A stretch of 64,000 nucleotides of DNA from Phoronis australis (taxonomy: Eukaryota > Animalia > Phoronida), in contig NMRA01000114.1 in the NCBI GenBank assembly GCA_002633005.1, positions 589,237 to 653,236 on the forward strand, written 5' to 3'. Below are positions 49,701-61,700 of this stretch, piece by piece. Position numbers and translations under genes: made by a program. The first letter of the stretch is position 1. Each line of letters starts with the position of its first letter. The notes below the pieces were generated by a model, which had not been told where the DNA came from, ran no database searches, and saw nothing but the letters and a program-made list of their open reading frames with translations.

Positions 49701-52700
49701 TTGAGTCCAGCTGGATCAAAAAAGTCATGAATAGAAATGAGGGTGGTCTCTGTCTCACACCAGTAAAAAACAACTAGCTTTCCCTCCATGCCACCAGGCA
49801 AAAAAACTCAACACCACTGATGAAGATATCAGCCACAGGATACTAAAAAATAATCTGAAGTAATTTTGCCTATTTTTTGCAAAAGTTGATAAGATCTGTG
49901 CATCACCATAAAAGCTACGTTCCCCAAAAATGCAAGTCAAGCAACTATTCTTAGTCAAAAATAACCAGAATTAATTATACCATTGACTGTAGCCGTGACC
50001 CCTGGGTATGGATAGATATTGTTCTTGTTCAATGTCATCAGCCAACGGACGGCGGATTTACACAGGCCGACAATCTCAACAGCTGCACCATCTCTAAAAC
50101 AGGAACCAAACAGGCAGAATGAGATAAAGGTGTTCTACTGAAATAGCCTTATTTGCGCATACATGGTCACCACCTCAATAGTATACTTTTTAGAACATTT
50201 CCTCAGTGTTTCGCTGCCAAAAGTCGAAAATGAATTACACCACTTTAAAGGCTCACAATATTCCTTACAGTAATAGGAGTTGATTTCCATTACTAACAAG
50301 AGCATCAAAACCATCAGCCACTGAAGAAGACGCTTTCACACTTTAATAGGATAGGTCAACCCAAAAATTACGAATTCCAAAATGGAGCATGAATGAATAG
50401 TCTATAACTTGAGGTGTAGGCTCATTCGACAACACTTTAATATCCGATGAGCATAGCTGTGTTTTTAAACTCCAAGTTAAGAATTCAACATTGTAAGACA
50501 GTCAGTGAAGAAGTGCCCCTTTAATCATGATCTATCTTACAACGTCTGGTCTTAACCCAGAACTTAACTGTTTAACAAAAACTAGGTTCATAACTTTAAT
50601 CATAACATTTCAAAAAGTTTAGGAATCAAGGTATTAAAATACAGTCTAGCAGACTAGCTTGAATTTCGCAGATAGCTTGAGACCTAATTTTAATATTAGT
50701 TATAAGGGGTAACCTAAAAGCCATGAGTTCAAGAGTACGGCGACACGAAGAACACACGCATAGACTGAGTAGCAATTTGTGCTATGGTATAAATTTTTAC
50801 AATGTTTATGGCAAGAATTCTCTAGTTTGGGAATCTCAAAAATTTGGGACACTGAAATTCAAGCCAAAATTGAATTTTCTTGATTCTGAAGATTGGGACA
50901 TGGGCATTTTGGCATTCATCATATCTGATTCTCAAATATTGGACGCTGTATTTTCTATCAACAAAGTCTGAAATAAAGTTGTCAAAAATAGCCACCAATC
51001 AAAAATTTTTTCTTCCTCGTAATTTTTGAATTTGGGATGGCCAATGTTGCCTATTTCTAAAATTTGTAACAAGCTCAGACTTTGAGCAAAATATTTATTT
51101 TCCAGTGCCTCAAACTAGAGAATTTTTACCGTACCCTCGACAATTAGTTTGGGACAGTTCCTGAAATTTGGGAAACCGAAATTCAAGTGAAATTTTAATT
51201 TTCTTGATTCTGAAGATTGGGACATGGGAGATTTTGGCATTCAGAGTATTCTCTAGTATGTTGTTTTTGTATCCAAAGGGTCTAAACAAAGACTTGGCTA
51301 TTCATAACATTGTCAAAAGTAGGCGCTGATACATTTTCATGCATTGTCCAAGTGCGCAACATCAAAATGAGTGATCCTTTGACATTAATCATTATTCTTG
51401 AATTTGGACAGCCAATATTGACTATCTACTTTTTCAAATTAGATGCAATCTCTGGTCTTCACCAAAACAATAAATTTTTCCCTTTCCAAACTAGACAATT
51501 TTCACCACATTCATGCTGCAGTCTTTACTAAGTCTGCCCTCGACCCTTACCTGGGCGTGGCCGGCTTGCCCCAGTTCTCAGCCTGACGAGAACTGCCCAT
51601 CTTGTCCATCCAGGTGCCACAGTTGTGCACAGTGCCACCATGAACCAGACCCGTATCCCACCACACACCTATCTGATTTGTGAAACCTGTGCAGAAAAGT
51701 AGATAAAAGTGTAGCAGAATTTGGGTCCACCTTAAAACTCTCATTTGTTTCTATCACACCTCTCATTATTAATACGATAAAGCATTTTTTAAGAAAACTA
51801 AGGTCCAACAATGCTATTCTGTTTATTTTCTAGATTAAAATAAAAATTAAGAGGATTAAATGGCAGCTTTTACTCCATGACCAACAGCCTGTACTTTACA
51901 GTTATCATGAACTTATTAACACATGGTGAAATTCAGTTTTTGCTTCAACATGCACCATCACAATTTCGGTTGATGCCAATTCATATCAGGCTGATGAAAA
52001 ATAAACATCAGTATGATATTACTTGGGTCATCATTCATGGATAACCTCTTTTGATCATTTATTAATGTTAAGCAGTATGAAATCATGTAAAGTATTACGA
52101 TTGATGATAAACTTTGAGCGATAAATCAATAAAAACCCTTAATATGAATTATTATCAACCACTTATCATATGCAACCATTCACATGTACAGCAATGGCTA
52201 GTGTGAATTTCCTATAAAATATTACACGACAAATTAAGATCAACCAAAATAAAATGGCCCCTTCTAAGCTAAAAATTTTCATGTGATGAACATGCCCTTT
52301 AAACAAGATTCCTCCAGCACAACTGGGTTTCATCAAACTTCTTTAAAACACAAAAAAGTCAGATTCTTTTGTGAGTCAGTGATTTGTATAATTAGCTGAT
52401 AAGTGATGTTAGAAACTCCTTTCCAATGAACAGCTTAAGGCTTGTTTATTGTTAACACAATCCCTAATACTTGAAAATTCAAGAAACCCACAGTCTCAAT
52501 TTTTGCTCATCTACTCAGATTTCATGGCATCCATCAATTTTCAGGCCAACGAAAGAAAATGGAAAAAATTGCCTGGATACTTTCAAGCCTTTGTTTCAAT
52601 ATGACCTGATGAGAAACTACAGTAATTACCCTGACTGTGTGACCTAGAGAATAGAGTCAGTCCATTGATGACTAATCCCCCAGTGAGACTGGAATGTGGA

Positions 52701-55700
52701 TAGAACCAGTTGGGCTAACCATGTAACATTGGAAAACAATCAAAAGATTTCTCCAAATCCTTATCTCCTTTAAAGGGGATGTTTACAGCACGCTTAGTTC
52801 ACACTTTACAGTAAATAGTATTTCCAACCACATTCATCAGTCCTTTCCTTGTGGCGTAAACTAGCCTAACACCATGTCACATGCATCAAAATCATACTGT
52901 CGCAAGATATTCACAAAAGCTTTATGCGGTCTGACTACAAAAAATGAACCATCTTGAGGTTATTCTTGCCAAAACATCCATCACCATTCAGTAATGACTT
53001 GCCTGACAGAGGCAGACGACCTACCTTCGTCTGACATGTTCACGTCCAACTGCGGCCCAGCGTTCCTTTCTCTGAACTCCAGACCAGAGGCGTGCTTCTG
53101 TACGGCCTCCTGAATCACTTCAAACAGCGGCTGCTCCTACAAAAACATGAAAACAAAACCATTGCAGCATCATACAACAACTAAGAGCAAAGTATTGGCA
53201 AGTCCACTCAGCTGCATTGCAAATGGGAAAACTAACAGAGTTTGTGCCACAGTACCACTAAGCAGTTACTAGTACATACTGCAGTTAAAAAGTCGATGAA
53301 AATTCTTCTCAACAAAAATTAACCATGTCTCATCTAGTTTCATTCTGATCCTTCGGTGAAGCCAGATGAACTTCCAAAGAAATTTGTCAACATTTTTCAC
53401 CTACACAACCACACAAATGCAATTTATCAGAGCGAATAAATACAATAATAATTACACAGAGCCTGTAGATGATGCAAGGCATGTAAATCAATCAAAAATA
53501 AATCAGCAGAGGGCGTGACTGTTGCCATCATGATAGTTAAGAAAAACTTTATCAAAAATTTCATCATTGATAGGGACACACAGATCTGTAAAATTTTATG
53601 AAAATCCTGCATGTGGTTAACAGCAGCGGATGTCGGACATTGGTCGAACAGAGATTACGGAAACATTCACTTCTCTCCCCCAGGCACACCTACACATGTG
53701 GGACCCAAATACATGCATACAGGCACATAACAATGGAGAATGGGTGGTGCTACTGTATTAGGTCATGTCCGGAATTATCTTATATGCCACACACCACAGT
53801 GTCATCTTCAACCAAAATCTGTTGAGCTATTTTCAAAATAACTGACAAAGAATATCTCAATTCAATGGAAAAAAATCATGACCTATGACCTCACATTTTC
53901 CTCATGCTGGCCTCGTAATGTGCCAACAATGATGTCACAGAGAAACTAAGCATGGAGGTTGGTAAATTACAGAAGAATAAACTAACACTAAGATTAAAAC
54001 CTTTTTATGAAAAAAATATCAAGAAGAAGCTCCACCACTTATTGATTTCATGCCCCGACTGGATGAACATTTTGAAAAAATAAAATCCACATTTAAATTC
54101 TACAAAGCCCGGCAAAGGTCTTCACAGGACTTTCAGCTTGTATTGAGAAAACAGAATGATTGATTAAGTCTTAAACATGTAGTCAGACCACATATTAACT
54201 GTGTGATTCAAACATCCTGGAAACTGGTTCTCCCAACGAATGGGTTAGGAAGAACGTGCTCGCAACTTGGTGAGTATTGTGCCCCCTCATGTATGGTCTC
54301 AGGTGGCTGTTCTCAAGTGGGTATTCCCGGGTGGGTGCTCCTGGGTGGCCTGGTGTGGTCACGGGTGAGTAGTTGCAGGTGGGTAGTTGCAGGTGGGTAG
54401 TCGCAGGTGGGTGATCACAGAGGGCATTTAAATTTAAGACCATCATCTCGGGTAGGTAAAAGTGATCTTTATTTAAAAAGATATAATCAATGACAATGCA
54501 CAAATTTGATCAGATTACAAAATTCAACACTTGTTCGGAGCTTTTTCCTAAAAAATACTTTGACTTTCTTTCATGAATGAGTTTTCTTTAGCTTATACAC
54601 TCACAAAATACCTGCAAGACCAACGACCCTAACTTCCCTGGCTATGAATCACAGCACCTTCGTGTAATCCTCACTCACAATCTCACTCTGTCCATCAAGA
54701 AATTTTAGAGTTCAGACATAGGGTCTGCTAATAGATAACCTTCAAAAAATCTGCATAAGTTTACTAGCAATTATAATCACTAGTCACATTTCATCCATGT
54801 CACTGTTATATCAAAAAATAGCTCTGCTGCTGTAACAAAAGGACCCATGACAGCAAGATTTGTTCAAAAGCAACCTCTTCACTCCCCACGTCGGTGCTCT
54901 TCAATAAGGCATGAAGATCCTTAAGAAAGTTTCAATAATTAATCAGAGATTCTACCGACAATACAACAAGCACTTACAAAATCACAGAACACAAAACGCA
55001 TTAAGAGAACTCTGTTTAGTTGTTTTTTCAGGCGAATAGTACGTTGGAGAAAGGAACTCCCAAATTCACTGTCCTTGGAGATCTAACACTTGAGAAAGAA
55101 ACAATCGACACACCAACGATCTCAATAATAAACCCAACTCTCTTGAACGCCAACCACGGCAATGGGGATGACGGCAATGAAACAACACAAGATGACCCCT
55201 ATTGGCGAGGGTTTAAGATCCGAGTCAAGAAAAGATGGAATGGCCTCGGCTTCCACTGTCGCCGCCAGCTCAGGTTGAAAAAGTTCAAGTTCTACTACCG
55301 AAGAAGCGTACAGAATTTCACGAAGTGCCGATGGTGTTGGCATCCGCAGGTTTACCTGACCTACCGCCTCATGCTGGCAGCATACCACATCTCGTGGGTG
55401 ATGCTTTCCATGGCCATACTGTGGCGTCCGTTCTGGACCAAGTTCTGGGCGTGGCCACTACACCTGGTCTGCTGGCTGGACATAGTGCGCATGTTCTATT
55501 TCGTCACAGCACTCACCTCCTACCTCAAGTTCCACATGAGTAAACCTATTAACCCTGTGCTGTATGAATGCAAAGACAGTGAAGCATCCACCGTGAAAAC
55601 AAACCGAGACGAGGTCACTCCCTCAGGGACCCGATCCCACCCCCTCCCATTGACTGTCAGATTTCAATGGTTCCTTTTCAGTGTCATGACCAACTCCATC

Positions 55701-58700
55701 TTTCTCGCCATGCCCATGCTCTGGAATGCGCAAGTGGCCAAGAAAATTACTTCTATAAACATATACCCGTGGGGTATCCTCATATCCACCACGCTCGTCA
55801 TGGTAGAGATATTCACAGTCACGTACCCCGTCTACCTGCTCCATGTTTGGCACAACCAGCTGTTTGTTCTGTCCTACTTCATTTTCTCAATCGGTTACTA
55901 CAAGCTGACAGTAGATGGCACTGCCAGCAGGAACGCTATTTTGGCTATCATGCCATGGATGGGCGGGAACAACATGGCACGCGATATGTGTCAAATGGTT
56001 GCCGTCTACATATTCTTTATTATTCCATTCTCGCAGCTTGTCGTATTTCTGATGTACTGTGCAAGAAAATGGCTGGAATCAAAGCTGCATACGTGAGATG
56101 GGGAGACAACTCTAAATTGAAATGTCCACCAATGTGAAACCAAACAACCGAATATAGAGAACAACTCTTTTATAATCTAAAGCAAACAATATATCGTGAC
56201 GTTCTTATTCGTCTTTCTTCAATGCCATGAAGTAATCTTATCAATTGCATAATTCTAGCTTTTCCCTGGCATTCAAACATTGATTTTGCTTCAGTCAAAC
56301 ATTACTAAAGCCCCTACAAATCACATTCTGGTGTTAAAAAGACTTTCTTGACAGACATCTTTCATGTTCTCGTCATTTGTTTGAATTAATTGACATTAGC
56401 AACAATAAAGCACCGGGAATAGACTACATTGGAGACTGAAAATGACCAGCAGTGAGCCTGATCGGAAGCAATAACAAACTATCCCTCAAACTTAGAAACC
56501 GATTCTACTCAGAGTAAGAAAAAGATGAGATTCATTTTATAACTGTAAGTGACCTGAATTTTAAGGCCTTTTTGGCATTATTTAATAGATTCCGTTGATG
56601 TATTTTTCACCTCCGAGTCAAGGGGAGAAGTGAAAGGTCGAAGGACAACAAATTGTAGATTTTACATTCTTTTCCAAAACCTGGCTATGAATTCTACATA
56701 CACAAGTCACTCATAGGGGACTTGTCTATGTGGGGCTCCAACAGCTGGCTATAGCCCCCACACACAAGTCACTCATAGGTGACTTGTCTATGTGGGGTTC
56801 CAACAGCTGGCTATAACCTCATATAGACAAGTCACTCATAGGTGACTTGTCTATATGGGGTTCCAACAGCTGGCTATAAACCCAACACACAAGTCACTCA
56901 TAGGTGAGTTGTCTATGTTGGGTTCCAACAGCTGGCTATAAACCCCACACACAAGTCACTCATAGGTGACTTGTCTATGTTGGCTTCCAACAGCTGGCTA
57001 TAAATCCCACGTACAAAAGTCACTTATAGGTGACTCACCATGTCACACAAACCACATCTCTTGACACATGTCTCCATGGAAAGTGTCATTAGAGGGAAAC
57101 AAAGATATGCCTTGCAGCCACACATACCAATCATTAGGTCTCAAGTCTAAAATAACTTCTAACAGTTACTTCTCAGAATATCACAACATCCTGTATGATT
57201 CTGCAGTGTTTACCCACAATGCTGCTGCGCATCCATAAGCACTTGGCCAGTCAAAAAGCTTTTAACTATTCTCCATCAAGATTAATCATTGTGATGCTAA
57301 TTTAATGCTGTATTTTGCCACTGAAAGCTGTCAATGTTGAATGTTAACCGAAGAACTTTGGGTTTAAAAAACCGCGCTCATCCGATCTTGAATTAAATTG
57401 TTGCCGAACGAGCTTGTACTGTGTTTGTGCACCATTTTTTGACATAGAACAATTTCAGTGTTGGCCAATCCCAATGAACTCTGAAGCATTCTCTTGAGTT
57501 GCTATGGTATTGAAGATGCTCTTACCAACAGTAAAACGCCTAATTCAGTTTACAGCTAAACAGAGCAATTTGAGTGTTGCATAGCAACAACGCAGTCTGA
57601 AAAACTGAGTGAGGCACGTCAAATCTTTGTTCCCTCTTTAAGACTGGACACATCTACGTGCCAACAGCCTGACTAGAAAACTAGGTAAATCACACAATGA
57701 ATTTTTCCACCTCAACAAAAGAGAAGAGTTGAATTTGGAAAGTGGGAATTGCTAACAGTGCCCAATAAATGAGCTCCTCTCCATCCTAAGTTGCCATAAT
57801 TTATTACATAAAATAATTAGAAACCACTAGCACTTTGCAAAACCCATCAAAAATACTTCAAACATTTAACAACGGCATTGTAAGTAGCGTTCTTAAAGGA
57901 GAATGCCACCCAATTTAATTAGTCTATTTTATCGTCTTAATCGGTCTATATCCACATCACTTCTTATATGGTCGACCTCACCTTGCCGAGAGGTGTCGCG
58001 TTAACCTGTGAGGAAGGTGAGTAATGACGCAGTGACGCGTCAGTAGTTCATCTGCAGAGTGAATGCCGCTAGTATTGCGGTGCATCGTTCCTGCTTCTCC
58101 AAACTATGAAGCTGCGAAGAAAGCGGGTTTATCTTTTTTTTTTCGACTTCCCCAAGAGCTCGAAGTGCTTAGGAAGTGGCTCGGGGTAATGAAGAATGAA
58201 AAGTACGCTGTTGATAGCAAGTACAAGGCCGTACGTGAAAATCTCCGTGTCTGTGGCCGGCATTTTGTCAACAGTGATTTCTCTGACGAAGTCCGGCTTA
58301 CCAAAGAACTATCCATACATTCTGTTGCCTATGCATGTTCACGGCGCCTCTCTAGTATTTCTCGATCAGTGTATTCCGATTCGAACTGATAGCCTGTGAA
58401 ACCTAACGATCCGACTCACGAAGTCTTCGTCCGATGAGCTCTCAATTAAGTCGGGATTGGCGCCGGGCGAGTTGTCATGTAGACGTTTATTATTCTGCGT
58501 TCAGTTTCAAAATGAATTATTCTCACCCTAACCAATGCTTATATAAAACTGAAACAAAGTCTGTCTCATAAGATACAATTTGTAATGCCTTTGGAGTATT
58601 GATGAGTGCAAAGGTTTTGAGAAGCCAGCAATGAATAAACCACTGCGTTACCGGCTTTAGATGCAATAAAGAAACAATCACTCGATTTTATGTGCTATGA

Positions 58701-61700
58701 TCACATATTAGGGGAATCTTTATTTAGAAATACAAATACATTATTCAAATCATTGTTAATGTACAACCTGTGCCCTGACGGTCTGTGGAAGGGGAGCCCG
58801 ACTTCGCGGCGGTCCCCGACAAGTAAGACAATTTTCAGTTTCGTGGCTAATTCACCTAAATAATTACGTGCACATTATTTCTTTGGCTCACTATTATAGT
58901 CTTCTCGTGACTGGAGGATTAGTTTTCAACTTAAGCTGGTTTATGTTCATGATTTCCAGTCCCGGCGGCCGCGACGCCGGACCTGATCGGGTTCCGAGCC
59001 ACATTCTCCTTTAAATGCATAAATATAGATATAAACTCATTTTCCACGACAAAAACAATTTTTTATCAAGACCTCCTACCATTATGAAACTGGTCTCATA
59101 TTGGTAGGCAAACTGGAGGTGATTTCAGACCTTCAAAAAAAACTGGCAGTTCATTACTGCTTGAGACAAGGCATTACATGTTGGCTTGTCATCGTGTCTC
59201 ATTTTACAGGTTGAGCAAGGTAACAAAAAGTAACGAAAGGTAAGTTCCTTGCAAACACAGAAACTGCTTCTTATTTGAGTAAGGGACATGGTAAGATCAC
59301 TTTTATAACAGCAACTTGTCAAAATCAAAAGTTTGCTGCCTGGACAGAATGAGGCTTTATCACCGCTTTAAGTGTGAAGCGAATGACTTCCAAGCACGGG
59401 AAGTTCACCAGTTACTTATGACCTCATAGAAAGACTTTTGTAAAATCCTTCATATTAATCAGACAGTTAACCTACCACTGGTTCAACCTCTTCAGCCTCA
59501 GGCTCACTTGCCAGCTCTTCATCATTTGGATAGAGTCTCAGGACTTTGTCTTGTAGTATCTCCTCACCATCAGGTTTCAAACTGCAGTAGTCCTGAATGG
59601 ACTGCATCCACCACCAGATGGCATCTCTGCAGTTGTAGCGCGCTACGACTCCTTCCCCCAAGAGATTGGGTATGAGACCATGGCGTAGGCAGCCGGCAAA
59701 ACCAAGAATGATGTACCTAACAACACACAGCACCTTGGCAACTACACATTACGTGAAATGTTGTCAATGAGAATTTTGTGTAGCAAAAGATAAGAAAACC
59801 TCAAAAATATCAAAAGAGCCAAAATACAAGTCTTGCATTGAAACGTTAATCAATAGTGTGCATCTGTCACATCATTCAGGTGAACTTCTTTCTCCTTTAT
59901 CCTCAATCAGTCCATACCTAGCTTTCACATAAGTGTTGGTAGGTTTTTCTTTAGTGTCACTATTAAATTGTAATGCTTGAACATGAACGTCGAAACACCG
60001 GTGACAGGAGAAATACAGATGAGGACATTTCAATATTAATCAAAAGTTTGCAAATGCGACATCAACTTAAAAAACTTTTCACAAGATTGGTGACGCAAGA
60101 TTGACCATTACGACAAAACCCTTCAACTACGACTAATCAAAGGTAACAATCTATCATGTCAAAGGCTTTTGATGTATCAAAGAAAATGGTAACTGGATAT
60201 TGTCACAGCAACTGTATTAGTTGAAAATTGACCACCATGATAAAACATGGCCATTACAAGAACACAAAGTTGACAGTCTATGGTGTCAAAGGCTTTTCCT
60301 GAATCAAAGAAAATGGCGATTGGATTTGGTTAACTAGGTCTTCAGACACACAAATGAATAATGCGCAGCACATACCTTGCCTCTTCAAATCGGCCAGTAA
60401 GCAACAGTAGCCCACGCAGTGCGATGAATGTGTCCCTGCCCCAGTTTCTCATCAGACCACTGGCAAAGTGTTCAAAACCTAAAATACGCCGCGTGGACAT
60501 GGCTATAGATTGTTGTTATTAATAATTATGGAGTTTTACTGGAATTTCTGTCTCCCCATAAGACATAGAGCAGAAAAGCTCTGGTTTTTCAAACTTGGCT
60601 TAAAGTATTTATTAATTTCACTCAGAGCTTTTGCAGTATGTCATAGCATCATGTTTGGCTACTTGTAAAGAGAACAACGAAACACAACGACGATTTGACA
60701 AGCCTAAACCGCTCACGTACCAGCCGCAAGTGTAGGGCACATTTGAATATCTTCATTTCTTTCTTCATCAAGGTCAGTTGGAGGTCGTGGTTCGCCTATA
60801 TTTGGAGACAGCCAAGGCAGATGCGCAGTCCTGACAACACTACAGAACTGTACGCTACCCAGAGCCAGAAGTTTGACAAACGAGGTGCCTTCGCTGACAA
60901 AGCTGAAACACAGAATCACAAGTCAATAGTGCTAAATAAAGTATTAAGATTTGAGTTAATTTGTGGAACAATCACACGCCGAGTTTCAACAAAAACATGT
61001 CAAATCTATTCAGCACACAAGTAAAGTTAACATAATGGAAGAAATGAGAACTTTCATTTTCAGCCAATTTTCAACAAAAATGAAATAAAATAATCCTATT
61101 TCAACATTAGTAACAATAATTAATAGGAAGACAGTCTACTTCGGAAATTTCAACTCAATATGTATTTTGATTTTCAAGTTTGATGTTCAATTTCCAGGAA
61201 TTCCTATCAAAATATTTTAATACTCAGATACTAGTTAAAACTTATGCATCATATTTAAAAAAATTGTACATCACAAATAAGATGTCAAGGTGAAAGATCG
61301 TTGATTGACGTCTTCAAAATGATCTCCTTGAGGGTTATATAACCACCATGTCTATTTCAAAAGAAACATTGACTTAAAAGTCAGGTCTTGACTCACTCCC
61401 ACAAACGATCATCTCCATAATATGCGACCACACATGTATGTGGATGCATGGTGAGTAAAGAAAATAACATGTGTTGCAATTGCCGGCATGTTTCGACAGC
61501 TCCACTGTCATTCTCAAGGCTAAGAAAATATGGCTGCCCTAATAAAGGGTGTCGATAAATTGAGAAAACCTCCATAGTATGCATAGGCTATCTACAAAAT
61601 GTGGAATCACAGTCCTACATATACAGCGACACACTGTAATGAGTTACTAGGTTACTCATAACAGTTAAAACAAAAAGGCCTTATGCATGCTGGCCAGAAA

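Noticed and set aside
48586-49801. Apparent duplicated small protein ([14 protein letters not shown])
   Set aside because: It arises from the duplicated intronic segment beside an N, and it has no homology to AGL or any domain I recognise.
52606-52625. CTGATGA directly followed by GAAAC
   Set aside because: There is no stem II or stem I pairing, so this is likely chance.
55122-56137. Several overlapping ORFs in other frames and on the other strand
   Set aside because: They are shadow ORFs of the GC-richer rolling-stone-like exon.
56698-57036. CRISPR-like look of regularly spaced palindromic repeats
   Set aside because: The intervening sequence is also repeated (no unique spacers), there are no cas genes and the context is eukaryotic. 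It is a minisatellite.
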